From Chamaesiphon sp. VAR_61_metabat_425 (lineage in GTDB: Bacteria > Cyanobacteriota > Cyanobacteriia > Cyanobacteriales > Chamaesiphonaceae), in contig JANPJH010000093.1 in the NCBI GenBank assembly GCA_031425415.1, positions 595-24,594 of the forward strand: a stretch of 24,000 bases of DNA, read 5' to 3'. Each line of letters starts with the position of its first letter. Position 1 is the first letter of the stretch. The translations under genes were made by a program, and so were the position numbers. Positions 1 through 10,360 of this stretch are shown in pieces. The notes below the pieces were generated by a model. The model had not been told where the DNA came from. It worked only from the letters and a program-made list of their open reading frames with translations, and did not search any database.

Positions 1-1427
1 ATGCCGGGGAATTGATGCTGCGGATTCAGCAGTTACAAGCCTGGGCAGCATATCCGCTACTGATTGCGGCGGATATTGAGGAAGGAGTCGGACAGCGATT
101 TACAGGTGCTACGTGGTTTCCACCGCCAATGGCTCTCAACGCAATCGCTCAAACAGATCTGCCAAAAGCGATCGAGTATGCCAAACAAATGGGGGCAATT
201 ACGGCGCAGGAAGCTCTGGCGATCGGGATTAATTGGATTTTGGCTCCGGTGGTAGATGTGAATAATAACCCCGCCAATCCGGTAATTAATATTCGCGCCT
301 TTGGGGAAACTCCCGAAATTGTCAGCCAGTTAGCCACCGCATATATCCACGGAGCGGCAGCTTATCCAGTGCTAACTTGCGCTAAACATTTTCCTGGACA
401 TGGGGACACCGGAACCGATTCGCACTGGGCATTGCCGATAATTAACCACGATCGGGCGCGATTAGATTCGATCGAGTTACCCCCATTTCAAGCGGCGATT
501 CGGGCGGGGGTGGATAGTGTCATGAGTGCCCATCTGATGATTCCCCAGCTCGATCGGGATTTACCCGCGACACTCTCCCAGCAGATCCTAACTGGATTAT
601 TGCGGGATGATTTGGGCTTTGAGGGGTTGGTAAGTACGGATGCTTTGGTGATGGGAGCAATTGCCGATCGCTATGGTGCGGATGAGGCTCCGGTAATGGC
701 TGTGGAAGCTGGCTCAGATATTATGCTCATGCCTGTCGATCCGGCGATCGCGATTAAAGCCGTATGTGCTGCGGTAGAATCAGGGCGGATTAGTGCTGAG
801 CGGATTAAAGCCAGCGTCGGGCGGATTTGGCGATCGAAACAGAAGTTATTTAAAAATTGGGATGGTGTTACCCTGAACCAATCTCCAGTAAATAGTCAAC
901 CAGCCGCGTTTACCACACTCGCCCAACCAGCATCAATGGCTATTGCCGATCGAATCTTGCAAGACTCATTAGTTGTTCAGGGTAGCTTAGGGTTAAAGCC
1001 AGTTCCGGGTAGAAATATTATCGTCCTTGAAGAAATCCTCGATACCACCTTCCTGAGTCGGAGTACTCCCGCCATCACCATCCCCAGAGATCTCGGTTAT
1101 AAATTACAATTAATCAACCGCCATAGCCCGACGATTCCGCACGGCGGACGCTACGCGAACGACATTCCAGCAGGCGAACCCGCCATCCTCCAACTATTCA
1201 TTCGCACTAGTCCGTTTTCCGGCGGGTTGGGCATTACATCTGTGGCAAAACAACTATTTCAGCAATTGTTGAATCACCAGCAGTTACAGGGATTAATTAT
1301 TTATGGTAGTCCCTATTTAATGGCAGATTTTGCCCCACATTTACCGCCAGAGGTGCCTTGTGTCTTCTGTTATGGACAAATGGCCGCAGCCCAATCGATC
1401 GCGTTAAAACGGCTATTAAGTCTGTAG
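1..1427 (+). CDS. Glycoside hydrolase family 3 protein (NagZ-like beta-N-acetylhexosaminidase domain plus a C-terminal extension of about 180 aa); 5' end lies outside the window
   Basis: The frame is open from nt 3, so the TTG/ATG at 12/15 are probably internal codons. GH3 signatures are AADIEEGVGQRF, NWILAPVVDVNNNPANPVINIRAFG, KHFPGHGDTGTDSH and STDALVMGAI. Stop TAG at 1425-1427. Confidence 0.85.
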   Translation, partial: AGELMLRIQQLQAWAAYPLLIAADIEEGVGQRFTGATWFPPPMALNAIAQTDLPKAIEYAKQMGAITAQEALAIGINWILAPVVDVNNNPANPVINIRAFGETPEIVSQLATAYIHGAAAYPVLTCAKHFPGHGDTGTDSHWALPIINHDRARLDSIELPPFQAAIRAGVDSVMSAHLMIPQLDRDLPATLSQQILTGLLRDDLGFEGLVSTDALVMGAIADRYGADEAPVMAVEAGSDIMLMPVDPAIAIKAVCAAVESGRISAERIKASVGRIWRSKQKLFKNWDGVTLNQSPVNSQPAAFTTLAQPASMAIADRILQDSLVVQGSLGLKPVPGRNIIVLEEILDTTFLSRSTPAITIPRDLGYKLQLINRHSPTIPHGGRYANDIPAGEPAILQLFIRTSPFSGGLGITSVAKQLFQQLLNHQQLQGLIIYGSPYLMADFAPHLPPEVPCVFCYGQMAAAQSIALKRLLSL

Positions 1428-1529
1428 GGGCGGGTTATGAGATCGATTTGATCGGCACCAATAATTTAGAACAAAACCTGCCCAACCCCAGCAATATTTT
1501 CCAATCATAATGGCATAGAGAAAGATCAG

Positions 1530-2147
1530 ATGAATGATGAATTAGTAATTCCACAGTTAATTGTGGGGCTGGGTAATCCTGGCAATAAATATGCTCAAAC
1601 TAGGCATAATGTCGGCTTCGATTTAGTTGATTTTCTGGCAGCACGTTGGCGGATTAGTTTAAGCGATCGCAAGCAGTTTCAGGGTATCTATGGCGAGGGT
1701 TCCGGCAATCATAATACCAAGATTAGGTTACTCAAACCACAGACTTTTATGAATCTATCGGGGCAATCTGTGCGGGCGACAACTGATTGGTTTAAGCTGC
1801 CGCCAGAGTCAGTTCTAGTTGTCTATGACGATCTCGATCTGCCGCTGGGAAAAATCAGATTGCGACTATCTGGTTCCGCTGGCGGACATAATGGGATGAA
1901 ATCAATTATCTCTCATTTAGGGACTCAAAATTTCCCACGGGTGCGGATTGGCATCGGCAAGAGTACTGGCGAAAAAGATACAATTTCGCATGTATTAGGT
2001 AAGTTTGCTCAAGCGGAAGTACCGATCGTTGGGGATGTGATTTATTTAGTTAATGATGCGATCGAATTAGGTTTGAAGCAGGGGATCGAAAAGTCAATGA
2101 GTCTCTATAATAGTCGCTCAATCGAGGTGCCCGAAAGTAAAGAATAA
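1530..2147 (+). CDS. pth: Peptidyl-tRNA hydrolase
   Basis: ATG at 1530. Classic Pth N-terminus LIVGLGNPGNKYAQTRHNVGF, plus LLKPQTFMNLSG and GGHNGMKSI. The 205-aa length is typical. Confidence 0.95.
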   Translation: MNDELVIPQLIVGLGNPGNKYAQTRHNVGFDLVDFLAARWRISLSDRKQFQGIYGEGSGNHNTKIRLLKPQTFMNLSGQSVRATTDWFKLPPESVLVVYDDLDLPLGKIRLRLSGSAGGHNGMKSIISHLGTQNFPRVRIGIGKSTGEKDTISHVLGKFAQAEVPIVGDVIYLVNDAIELGLKQGIEKSMSLYNSRSIEVPESKE

Positions 2148-2157
2148 AAATATTCGA

Positions 2158-3057
2158 TTAATTGATAAAATCTAAAATTAAATCTGCCGCAACTCTAGCC
2201 TTTTCTAAGTGCGGAACATGTCCACATTTAGCAATCCATTCTAATCGAGAATTAGGCAAATTATCGGCAAACTGTTTAGCAGGTTTAGTACCTAAAATGC
2301 GATCGCGCTCTCCCCAAATTACCAAGGTTTCTTGCTGAATTTCGGCTAATCGATCGATTAAATACCCATAGCCACCACTGCGGGTAAAAGCAATCAAAGC
2401 CTCACTCCATCTCGGCATTTCCAGATGTAGAGCCGCGCACAACTGAGCATCCTCAGTCACAAAAGACAGATCGAAATAAGCCTTCTCGCTCACACTTTTG
2501 CGGACATTCGGCGTGGCTAAAAATTTGGTAGCTAAATTGGCTAACGGTGGGACTAAAAATTTACCAATTTTGGGGGGTTGAGTATAACCAGCACTATCAA
2601 TGATAATTAGCTGATGGACAGATTCCGGATGATTGAGCGTAAATTCGATCGCGGCTGCCCCACCCATCGACACACCGACTAAAATCATCGGCTGTTGAAT
2701 TAGCGTCTTCCAAGTAGCATAAAGATGAGTGTCGATACTCGCGGTACTGAAGGGGCAATCAGCCAATCTTTCCGTAAACCCAAATCCTAACAGATCGATC
2801 GCGTAAACCTGCCGACTGGCAGCAATTAACGGCACAATTCGCCGAAACTCAAAAATCGAACTATCAAAGCCGTGGAGGAAGACAATAGGTATTTCTCCCT
2901 CACCCTGGCACACATAACTAGTCTGAATCGGTTGAGGGAGTAAAAGTGTAGTAACTTCAACCCGTTGAATTTGACTGGCAAATGCGATCGAATTCGCCTC
3001 TGTCAGTCGTCTGGCACTATTAGGTAGAAAAGCGGGAAGCACTGGAAGTTTATCCAC
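2158..3057 (-). CDS. Alpha/beta-fold hydrolase
   Basis: Oxyanion-region motif VFLHGFDSS, nucleophile elbow GVSMGG and C-terminal catalytic His context KCGHVPHLE. The GTG start at 3057 overlaps the pyk stop codon by 1 nt (TAGTG), so the start is uncertain but co-transcription with pyk is likely. Confidence 0.85.
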   Translation of the reverse strand: MDKLPVLPAFLPNSARRLTEANSIAFASQIQRVEVTTLLLPQPIQTSYVCQGEGEIPIVFLHGFDSSIFEFRRIVPLIAASRQVYAIDLLGFGFTERLADCPFSTASIDTHLYATWKTLIQQPMILVGVSMGGAAAIEFTLNHPESVHQLIIIDSAGYTQPPKIGKFLVPPLANLATKFLATPNVRKSVSEKAYFDLSFVTEDAQLCAALHLEMPRWSEALIAFTRSGGYGYLIDRLAEIQQETLVIWGERDRILGTKPAKQFADNLPNSRLEWIAKCGHVPHLEKARVAADLILDFIN

Positions 3058-4811
3058 TAGCTAAAACTAATCGCCCCAGAATAGATCAACCCGCGTTGAA
3101 CATCGAGCGTGATCACCGTCCCGCCACGAATTGAGCCAGTAGCATCCTTCACCCCCACAATTACCGGAATATTCAATCTTAAACCAATCACTGCTGCATG
3201 ACAGGTCAGACCTTCATCCTCGACCACAATTGCCCCCGCCTTGCGAATTGCATCGAGATACTCGGCACTCGTCGTCGTGGCAATTAGGATATCCCCTTTA
3301 TTAAAGTGGGCGATATCCTTGGCAGTGTGGGCGATGTGGGCACATCCAGTCACTAAGCCTTGTCCGATGCCAATCCCTTTGCCTAAAATCGCCGTGACGA
3401 CTTCAACTTTGACTAAATCTGTCGAGCCAGCTACCCCTTGAGTCCCAGAAGTAATTACCACTAGATCCCCTTCATGGAGCATATTACTAGTCCGCGCCAT
3501 GTTGATAGCAGCTTGGAAATTGTCACTGACGTTGGGTAAATCGAGCAGGAGGATGGGTTGCACGCCCCAAACGAGCTGGAGTCGGCGCGCTACGTCTACG
3601 TGAGGTGTAACGGCGAGAATTGGCTTAGATGGGCGGAATTTAGAAACGCTCCGAGCAGTAGCACCAGTTTTAGTGAAGGGAATAATCGCGGCTGCACCAA
3701 GTTGTTCGGCGATATTCCCGACGGCTTCGCTAATGGCGTTAGGAATTGACCTTTTGTTATCTTCCCAGCGGCGAGAGAGCTTTTCTTTCTCGGTTTCCAG
3801 GGCAATTTTTGCCATCGTCTCGACAGCTTCGATGGGGTAACTACCGACGGCGGTTTCATTGGAAAGCATTACCGCGTCGGTACCGTCTAAAATCGCATTG
3901 GCAACGTCAGAAATTTCAGCGCGAGTCCCGCGCGGGTTGTTCACCATGCTGTCCAACATTTGAGTCGCAGTAATAATCGGAATCCCCATCCGGTTGGCGG
4001 TAGCGATAAGTTGTTTCTGGATTCTGGGGACTTGTTCGGCGGGTAATTCTACCCCTAGATCGCCGCGTGCTACCATAACTCCATCGCAGAGGGCGAGGAT
4101 TTCCTCCATTTGTTCGATCGCTTCATGCTTCTCAATTTTGGCAATGACGGGGGTTTCTTTCCCAGCATTGGCAATTAGTTCTTTGATTTCGAGAATATCC
4201 GCTGGATTCCGGACGAAACTGAGGGCAACCCAGTCTACGCCTTGATCTAGTCCGAACATCAAATCCACCCGGTCTTTGTCTGTCAGAGCTTTAATCGATA
4301 GGTAAACTCCCGGAAAGTTTACACCCTTATTATTCGATAAAGTGCCACCGACAACTACTTTACAATGCAATTCGCTGGTCTGTCGATCGACCCCAACCAC
4401 GATCATCTCGACCTTTCCATCATCGAGGAGGATTGTCGAACCAACTGGAACTTCGTCGGCTAGGGTATCGTAAGTAACCGAACTAATTGTTTGGGTACCA
4501 GGAATAATTTTACTAGTGAGCGTGAACGGATCGCCATTTTTGAGGATGATCGGGCCGTCGGCAAATTTACCCAGCCGAATTTTCGGCCCCTGTAAATCTT
4601 GTAAAATGCCCACAGGTCGATCGAGTTCAAAAGAGATCTGCCGAATCAGCCGAATATTTGCCAAATGGTCATCATGTGTACCATGAGAGAAATTGAGGCG
4701 GAGGGTAGTTGCTCCCGCTTGGATCAGTTGTCTCAGGACTTCAGGACTACTAGTTGCTGGACCGATGGTAGCAACAATTTTAGTTCGACGGAGGGAGTCT
4801 CGCAATTGCAT
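3057..4811 (-). CDS. pyk: Pyruvate kinase with a C-terminal PEP-utilising-enzyme mobile (swivelling) domain
   Basis: Motifs RRTKIVATIGPATSS, TLRLNFSHGTH, MVARGDLGVE and ATQMLDSM. The C-terminal roughly 100 aa (GLTCHAAVIGLRLNIPVIVGV) resemble the PEP-mobile domain. I prefer the ATG at 4811 (MQLRDSLRRTKIV...) over the upstream start at 4898 in the ORF track. Confidence 0.95.
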   Translation of the reverse strand: MQLRDSLRRTKIVATIGPATSSPEVLRQLIQAGATTLRLNFSHGTHDDHLANIRLIRQISFELDRPVGILQDLQGPKIRLGKFADGPIILKNGDPFTLTSKIIPGTQTISSVTYDTLADEVPVGSTILLDDGKVEMIVVGVDRQTSELHCKVVVGGTLSNNKGVNFPGVYLSIKALTDKDRVDLMFGLDQGVDWVALSFVRNPADILEIKELIANAGKETPVIAKIEKHEAIEQMEEILALCDGVMVARGDLGVELPAEQVPRIQKQLIATANRMGIPIITATQMLDSMVNNPRGTRAEISDVANAILDGTDAVMLSNETAVGSYPIEAVETMAKIALETEKEKLSRRWEDNKRSIPNAISEAVGNIAEQLGAAAIIPFTKTGATARSVSKFRPSKPILAVTPHVDVARRLQLVWGVQPILLLDLPNVSDNFQAAINMARTSNMLHEGDLVVITSGTQGVAGSTDLVKVEVVTAILGKGIGIGQGLVTGCAHIAHTAKDIAHFNKGDILIATTTSAEYLDAIRKAGAIVVEDEGLTCHAAVIGLRLNIPVIVGVKDATGSIRGGTVITLDVQRGLIYSGAISFS

Positions 4812-5012
4812 GAAATTACAGTCAAAAGATCGAAGGAGCGGTAGCAGGGGCGGCAATTTTAGCACAGGTTTAGAGGCTGTGTTTCGATCGCCATACAAAT
4901 ATGGGAGATCTCAAGTCAATGCTAGTTCACCAGCATAACTTGCTTGGGTAATTTGCTAGATTGCATTTACCCTTAGTAACAGATAACACCGGATAGTACC
5001 ACAGAACTGTCC

Positions 5013-5031
5013 TGTTAGTTACCTTCGATCG
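5013..5031 (+). repeat. Copy C (partial) of the dispersed repeat, in the pyk / hybrid-kinase divergent spacer
   Basis: TGTTAGTTACCTTCGATCG here versus TGCTAGTTACCTTCGATCG at 14743-14761. Confidence 0.4.
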
Positions 5032-5337
5032 CAGAATAAGTTTAGAGATGGTGAGCCGATCTAGATTGTAGTGGTGAAGGAACTACCCGTTAGCGCAATC
5101 AATCGGACGCAAATCACCACCAAATTTTCGTCAATCTGAGAGGATATGTTGGTTGGCGATCGATTTTGGGATAAATATAAGCATAAAGGATGAATTATCT
5201 GACTGTAACAATGTTGTATCGCTTTTGACGATAGATTTGGCAATCGTCATCTAAGATTCACGGTAGATTCTGTTCTCAAGCCAAAGCGCAATTTTGTTAT
5301 ACCCAATCGATAACTGGCAACTGCAACAAAATTACTT

Positions 5338-7437
5338 ATGACAATCGGACAAACGCCACATCACCCACCACTGATCTTGATTGTCGATGATGACGAGATG
5401 GTTCGAGCGTTACTGTGTCAGAAAATGCATGAAGATGGCTATCAGATCGTCACAGCAAAGAATGGTGAAGAAGCTCTAATTATCTATCAAAAAATCCAGC
5501 CTGATGTGGTGTTAATGGATGGAGTTATGCCAGCGATGGATGGGTTTGAATGTTGCGAACAATTACAGCAGTTACCAGGTGGCGATTTGACCCCAGTTTT
5601 GATGATCACGGGGTTAGATGATAACTCATCTCTCGATCGAGCTTATCAGGTTGGAGCCGCCGACTATATCACCAAACCCATTCATTGGGCGGGATTGCGC
5701 CAACGAGTTAAACGGTTGCTCTATCAGTCCGATTTGTATCGAAAACTGGAAGCCTCAAATGCAAGGATGCGCGAAACAGCCGAGCAACTCAAGACACAAA
5801 ATCATCTTCTCGAACAATCCAAGAAAACAGCGGAAGCTGCGAACAAAGCTAAAAGTGCTTTTTTAGCTGCCATGAGTCACGAAATTCGCACCCCAATGAA
5901 TGGCGTAATTGGGATGACAGGATTATTATTAGATACCGAATTAACCGCCCAACAATATGAATTTGTCAGTACAATTCGGCATAGTGGTGATGCTCTACTA
6001 ACACTAATTAATGATATTCTCGACTTTTCCAAAATTGAATCAGGCAAACTCGAACTCGACTATCAACCTTTTGATATCCGTGACTGTATTGAAGAAACGC
6101 TCGATCTCCTCGCCCCAAAAGCTGCTGAGAAAAATTTAGAACTTGCCTATTTAATCTATAAAAATACGCCCAGTTGGATTGTTGGCGATGTCACGCGAAT
6201 TCGGCAGATCTTAGTTAATTTAGTGGGGAATGGATTAAAATTCACTAACTCTGGTGAAGTAATTGTCGGCGTAACTGCCAGAAAAATTACCATCGCTGAT
6301 GAAGATCCCGTAATTGCGGCTGATTGTCCGACTTATGAAGTGCGCTTTCTCGTTAAAGATACGGGAATCGGGATTCCCCAAGATAAGATCGATCGATTAT
6401 TCAAAGCTTTTAGTCAGGTAGATTCTTCCACTACACGTAACTATGGTGGTACGGGATTGGGGCTAATTATTAGCAGAAGGCTGACCGAATTAATGGGCGG
6501 CAAAATGTGGGTTGAAAGTAATAGTGATGGGGGATCGAGTTTCTTCTTTACTATTATCGCTAAAGCTGCCCCAGCATCCTCACAACATCGGCATAAAGAG
6601 CAACAAAAGACCGAAGAATTGCAAGGGAAACGACTATTAATCGTCGAAGATAATGCTACTCATCGGAAAATCTTAGCCCTACAAGCCCAATCTTGGGGCA
6701 TGTCTGCTCATCCAACTGAATCTGGAGCCGAAGCTCTAAAATTACTCAGTTTGCGAGGTCATTTCGATCTAGCGATTTTGGATATGCAAATGCCCGAAAT
6801 GGATGGCTTAGAGCTTGCTAAAGAAATCCGTAAGTTTCCAGAATATCGAGACTTGCCTCTAGTCATGCTCAGTTCACTAAGTATCAGCCGCAACGAAATT
6901 GAAGCAGCACAAGTAGATTTTGCAGCAACTTTAAATAAACCAATTAAACAATTTCAGCTTCAAGACGTACTCTCGCATATTTTGGGAGAGCAATCTAAAC
7001 AAACACTCTCACTACCTAAAGCAAAATCATCAAATTACGATCTCTATCAAGCTACTTTTCCGTTAAGAATTCTGCTAGCTGAAGATAATCTAGTCAACCA
7101 AAAAGTGGCAATTCACATGTTAAAACGCATCGGCTATCAGGCTGACATTGCCATGAATGGAGTGGAAGTTCTAGAATTACTAAGACTCAACGCCTATGAT
7201 GTAATTTTGATGGACTTACAAATGCCCAAAATGGATGGATTAGAAGCTACCCGCCGTATTATCCAAGAGTTCCCCGAACATCGCTGTCCCACCATTATTG
7301 CGATGACGGCTAATGCCCTCGAAGGTGATAAACAAGACTGTCTCGCAGCGGGAATGCACGACTATGTGACTAAACCTGTTAAGGTCGAACAATTAGCTTT
7401 AGCATTGAGTCAGTGTCATCCGTTATTGGTGATTTAG
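5338..7437 (+). CDS. Hybrid sensor histidine kinase, architecture REC - coiled coil - HisKA - HATPase - REC - REC
   Basis: REC1: [11 protein letters not shown]...[13 protein letters not shown]...YITKPI. H-box [16 protein letters not shown]-box [13 protein letters not shown]1 VKDTGIGI, G2 [13 protein letters not shown]2: [10 protein letters not shown]...[14 protein letters not shown]3: [11 protein letters not shown]...[12 protein letters not shown]...DYVTKPV. I saw no hydrophobic TM segment and no PAS/GAF-like input domain. Confidence 0.9.
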   Translation: MTIGQTPHHPPLILIVDDDEMVRALLCQKMHEDGYQIVTAKNGEEALIIYQKIQPDVVLMDGVMPAMDGFECCEQLQQLPGGDLTPVLMITGLDDNSSLDRAYQVGAADYITKPIHWAGLRQRVKRLLYQSDLYRKLEASNARMRETAEQLKTQNHLLEQSKKTAEAANKAKSAFLAAMSHEIRTPMNGVIGMTGLLLDTELTAQQYEFVSTIRHSGDALLTLINDILDFSKIESGKLELDYQPFDIRDCIEETLDLLAPKAAEKNLELAYLIYKNTPSWIVGDVTRIRQILVNLVGNGLKFTNSGEVIVGVTARKITIADEDPVIAADCPTYEVRFLVKDTGIGIPQDKIDRLFKAFSQVDSSTTRNYGGTGLGLIISRRLTELMGGKMWVESNSDGGSSFFFTIIAKAAPASSQHRHKEQQKTEELQGKRLLIVEDNATHRKILALQAQSWGMSAHPTESGAEALKLLSLRGHFDLAILDMQMPEMDGLELAKEIRKFPEYRDLPLVMLSSLSISRNEIEAAQVDFAATLNKPIKQFQLQDVLSHILGEQSKQTLSLPKAKSSNYDLYQATFPLRILLAEDNLVNQKVAIHMLKRIGYQADIAMNGVEVLELLRLNAYDVILMDLQMPKMDGLEATRRIIQEFPEHRCPTIIAMTANALEGDKQDCLAAGMHDYVTKPVKVEQLALALSQCHPLLVI

Positions 7438-7443
7438 AGGGTA

Positions 7444-7457
7444 GGGAAAAGGGGAAA
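7444..7457. repeat. Two purine-rich heptamer units (GGGAAAA GGGGAAA) just downstream of the hybrid-kinase stop codon
   Basis: Direct reading. This is the complement-orientation relative of the TTTCCCC tract at 16051-16079. Confidence 0.4.
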
Positions 7458-7502
7458 GGCGGTTAGGCTGGGACGGCTATCTTTTTTGACGGCTGGATCG
7501 TA

Positions 7503-8645
7503 TCATTGTATTTGAATGCTAACTGCTTGTATCTTATTCAGCCAAATATTCAATTCTTTTGGGTTGAGCCGCCGTGCTTGTGTCCTCGATGACAAGACAA
7601 ACCGGAGATCGTCGGTGGGTAATTTGATTTGATTTTCCCAAGCGGCAATTACAGCTTCAGCTTCAACTAATTGATCGCTACCTAAGCCTAACTTCTGTTG
7701 CCAAGCTAGTTGTTGGTTTTTACCGATATTTTGGATCGCGAACTCGCTACTATTTGCCTGTCGCAACACACCACCCAAAGCTTTGATATAGGCTTCACTG
7801 TTTTCAATTTCGGGAAGTTTTGGAATAATAATTTTACCAAACCGCCAATTTTGTTGCCAAATCAGGACTAGCATTACCAAGCCAATATTTAAGCAAACAA
7901 TGATCAAGGGAGTACGCGCTAGGTACTCTAACACATCTCCTGTTTTAGGATCGGATGTAGCAGCTCGATTTCGATAACCGTGGATAAATTCATCCACAAT
8001 TATCCGCTGGCGATTTTCGGTAACGAGTTTTGCCAATAATTCATAATTTGGCTGAAAATCTTGATAAGCATTCGCAGCTAAATGGGGCGTTGTGGCGATC
8101 TCTACTCGACCTTTACCAAGGTTAAATCGATCGAGGACTTTACCAGATCGATCGCTTAAAATAGCTTCACTTGGCTGATCTATGGGCAATCCAGCAATAA
8201 TCAGATCGGACTTAAATCTCCGGGTAGTTTCAATCCGGATTGCGCCTTGCGGACTGTCTATATCTGTCTGAAAGGGTATGTCCCCAGCAGGTGCTGATAC
8301 ACCCAAGACGATGAGCGTATTTCCTTGCTTTACCCACTCTTGTTGTGTTGTCGATAGTTGAAGTGGTTGGATTTGGCTATTGACTTGCAACAGAGTCACA
8401 CCTTGCTCGTAGCCCGGAACTGCCGCTAGTTGGGGGAAAGATTGCTCCCATCGCTGGATTTTTACACCCCGATCGAGCATCATTTGATACCATGCACCAT
8501 AACCATTTGGAGCAATACTATAGCTAGATCCTGGCTGTTTGGAATCGCCGCCTGTAGCACTAACAATAGTAAACAGCACAATCGCTACTATTACTAAAAA
8601 TACAAATTGCCAATATTGTTTTACTAGTCTGTTAAAATCTTGCAT
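7503..8645 (-). CDS. Membrane-anchored conserved hypothetical, DUF4350-like
   Basis: N-terminal TM segment (WQFVFLVIVAIVLFTIV) and a second TM near the C-terminal third (LIIVCLNIGLVMLVLIW). It lies directly downstream of a DUF4129-like gene, as in the usual pairing. I prefer the ATG at 8645 (MQDFNRL...) to the TTG at 8651. The family call is from memory, not from a search. Confidence 0.6.
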   Translation of the reverse strand: MQDFNRLVKQYWQFVFLVIVAIVLFTIVSATGGDSKQPGSSYSIAPNGYGAWYQMMLDRGVKIQRWEQSFPQLAAVPGYEQGVTLLQVNSQIQPLQLSTTQQEWVKQGNTLIVLGVSAPAGDIPFQTDIDSPQGAIRIETTRRFKSDLIIAGLPIDQPSEAILSDRSGKVLDRFNLGKGRVEIATTPHLAANAYQDFQPNYELLAKLVTENRQRIIVDEFIHGYRNRAATSDPKTGDVLEYLARTPLIIVCLNIGLVMLVLIWQQNWRFGKIIIPKLPEIENSEAYIKALGGVLRQANSSEFAIQNIGKNQQLAWQQKLGLGSDQLVEAEAVIAAWENQIKLPTDDLRFVLSSRTQARRLNPKELNIWLNKIQAVSIQIQ

Positions 8646-8654
8646 TTTCAATGA

Positions 8655-8668
8655 GGCTTTAGGCTTTA
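8655..8668. repeat. Tandem heptamer GGCTTTA x2 overlapping the stop codon of the 8666-9271 gene
   Basis: The sequence reads GGCTTTAGGCTTTAGG. A near-identical GGCTTTAGGCTCTAGG occurs at 16020-16035. Confidence 0.5.
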
Positions 8669-9271
8669 GGGATGAGATCCAACTCTTAATCCCGATTCAA
8701 TCTGCTGATAAGCTTGTTGACAGAGATCAAAATCTTCTGCTGTAATGGGGATATCTCCAAAGTGAAGTTGTTCGTGCGTGGATACCAGCACATTACCCGA
8801 TCGAAGGACGGGGAACTTATCTAATAATTTGAGATATTCCCGATCTGTTAAGTTCGGTTGATGGAGAATTAATTTAGCATCATTTATGCGTTGGAGTGTT
8901 GCCAAATACAACCACCGACTCGCTTGGGTATAATCACCCTCACGTTGAAACTGTTGAGATTTTGCTAATAGCTCCATCACCGTAAATGTCTGGACTGGAG
9001 ATTTAGTAATGGGATCTAGTTTTGTCCGTTGAAGATTAGCTATCCACTGTCGCCAATAAGGATAAATTACTCGATAAATAAACCAAATTAATAATCCAGC
9101 TAAAATTAGCCAACATAATCTGACTAAGACTGTTGCCAACCAGTCGGGAAACAGATCGAACTGCGGCTCTATATCTACCGATCGTAATTGAACCTCGATC
9201 CATTCTCCCAATCGCTGTTGAAGTTGCTCCAACTGCCATCGCCAACTTGTTTTTTCAAAAGAAGTAACCAT
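8666..9271 (-). CDS. Membrane protein, DUF4129-like
   Basis: One central TM (LCWLILAGLLIWFIYRVIY). The C-terminal helical region ends in LTDREYLKLL...HEQLHFGDIPITAEDFDLCQQAYQQI, the pattern I associate with DUF4129. Confidence 0.6.
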   Translation of the reverse strand: MVTSFEKTSWRWQLEQLQQRLGEWIEVQLRSVDIEPQFDLFPDWLATVLVRLCWLILAGLLIWFIYRVIYPYWRQWIANLQRTKLDPITKSPVQTFTVMELLAKSQQFQREGDYTQASRWLYLATLQRINDAKLILHQPNLTDREYLKLLDKFPVLRSGNVLVSTHEQLHFGDIPITAEDFDLCQQAYQQIESGLRVGSHP

Positions 9272-9421
9272 CCATTAACAAATTATAGATCGATAACAAT
9301 CATAGATTGGAGCAACAAGAGGATAGCGATCTTCATACTAGGTTGATCGATCTCTACGATCTAGCCGTAATCAAAATCACTCAAATTCCATCAAAAACTT
9401 TACTCTCTACTATTGACTAAT

Positions 9422-10270
9422 TCAACTATATGCTAGCTCCCAATCGGTCGAGCGAGTCAAACGAATTTGGGCTAATGCCACAATTGTGGGAATAATCCGC
9501 CCATAATTAGTTGAGATCGATCGCCAGCCGAGATCAGCAAAAAACCAGCCCCACATGGCTGGTCCTAAAATTGCAAAAACGCCGCGTACTGACACCTGCT
9601 GGGCTGCTGAAAGCACCATACCCCGTCTTGCCATGTAGAGGGCGATATAACTTTGCAGTTGGCTAGAAGCGGCAATTCCGCCCCGAATTAGTGTTTGCTT
9701 GGCAACCTGATAACTAGCAAAATGCAGGGCAAATTGACGAGCAATTTGATGTAGCACCAATGGCTTAATTACCGAACTGACGGCGATCGCGCTACTACCT
9801 TTTAAAATTAATTTAATCGGATCGTGCTGAATATGTGCGGGTAAAGGTTGGTCGAATCTAGTCTTGGCAAGAGATTCTTGGACTCTAACTGTCAAGGCAC
9901 CGCGATCGCTACTAGGTAACTTGTGCCAGCTTTTGCCCATTAAGTGTAAAAACACTTCTGCTTCTAAATCTGTGGTAGTAAGTTGGTTAGAATAGGGGAT
10001 TTTCAGATATCGACACACTCTCACCAATGCCTGACGATAGCTGACTGCTTGAGTGCGCCCTTGCAACACAGTAATCCCATCAGCCGCCAAAAATCTAAAC
10101 CGATCCTCGATCGCATCCAGCCAAGTGTCTCTCGACTGGCTCTGAATCTCCATTAAGTCTGGCGTACTTACATAGTCTAAAGGATTAAACTTCCGGCTAA
10201 ACAGAATTTTAGTTAATTGCTGTAGTTCATCTTCAGTAGCCAATTCTAGAGCCGTTCGTAACTCATCCAA
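9422..10270 (-). CDS. Conserved hypothetical, YaaW/UPF0174-like
   Basis: N-terminal ATEDELQQLTKILF, central YRQALVRVCRYLKIPY and a C-terminal glycine-rich hydrophobic tail (ILGPAMWGWFF...YGRIIPTIVALAQIRL). These parallel the layout of E. coli YaaW as I recall it. Confidence 0.5.
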   Translation of the reverse strand: MDELRTALELATEDELQQLTKILFSRKFNPLDYVSTPDLMEIQSQSRDTWLDAIEDRFRFLAADGITVLQGRTQAVSYRQALVRVCRYLKIPYSNQLTTTDLEAEVFLHLMGKSWHKLPSSDRGALTVRVQESLAKTRFDQPLPAHIQHDPIKLILKGSSAIAVSSVIKPLVLHQIARQFALHFASYQVAKQTLIRGGIAASSQLQSYIALYMARRGMVLSAAQQVSVRGVFAILGPAMWGWFFADLGWRSISTNYGRIIPTIVALAQIRLTRSTDWELAYS

Positions 10271-10360
10271 AGCAAGTTCCTCCCACTAACATGCTGCCTG
10301 TCAATCTACAGTGTACCTCACGATTCTAGAAAACAGTGGTTTATCCCGATCAGCCGTTGC

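Noticed and set aside
1428-1483. An inverted repeat GGGCGGGTT ... AACCTGCCC directly after the GH3 stop codon, considered as a possible terminator or REP/MITE-like element.
   Set aside because: It matches only 8 of 9 positions, with a 38-nt loop and no T-run. I found no second copy in the window.
4812-4898. A 29-codon N-terminal extension of pyruvate kinase from the ORF-track start.
   Set aside because: The conserved kinase N-terminus begins right after the internal ATG at 4811. The extension (MYGDRNTASKPVLKLPPLLPLLRSFDCNF) has no counterpart in pyruvate kinases that I know.
3241-4938. A series of 63-87 aa ORFs on both strands inside the pyruvate kinase gene (3241-3441, 3558-3749, 3596-3859, 3746-3973, 3994-4245, 4693-4938).
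   Set aside because: They are alternative-frame or antisense to a strongly supported CDS. They are Arg/Ser/Pro-rich with no motifs, typical of shadow ORFs.
5061-5243. A 60-aa minus-strand ORF in the pyk / hybrid-kinase spacer.
   Set aside because: It has no motifs, no ribosome-binding context, and a low-complexity Ser/Ile-rich composition. I treated it as non-coding spacer.
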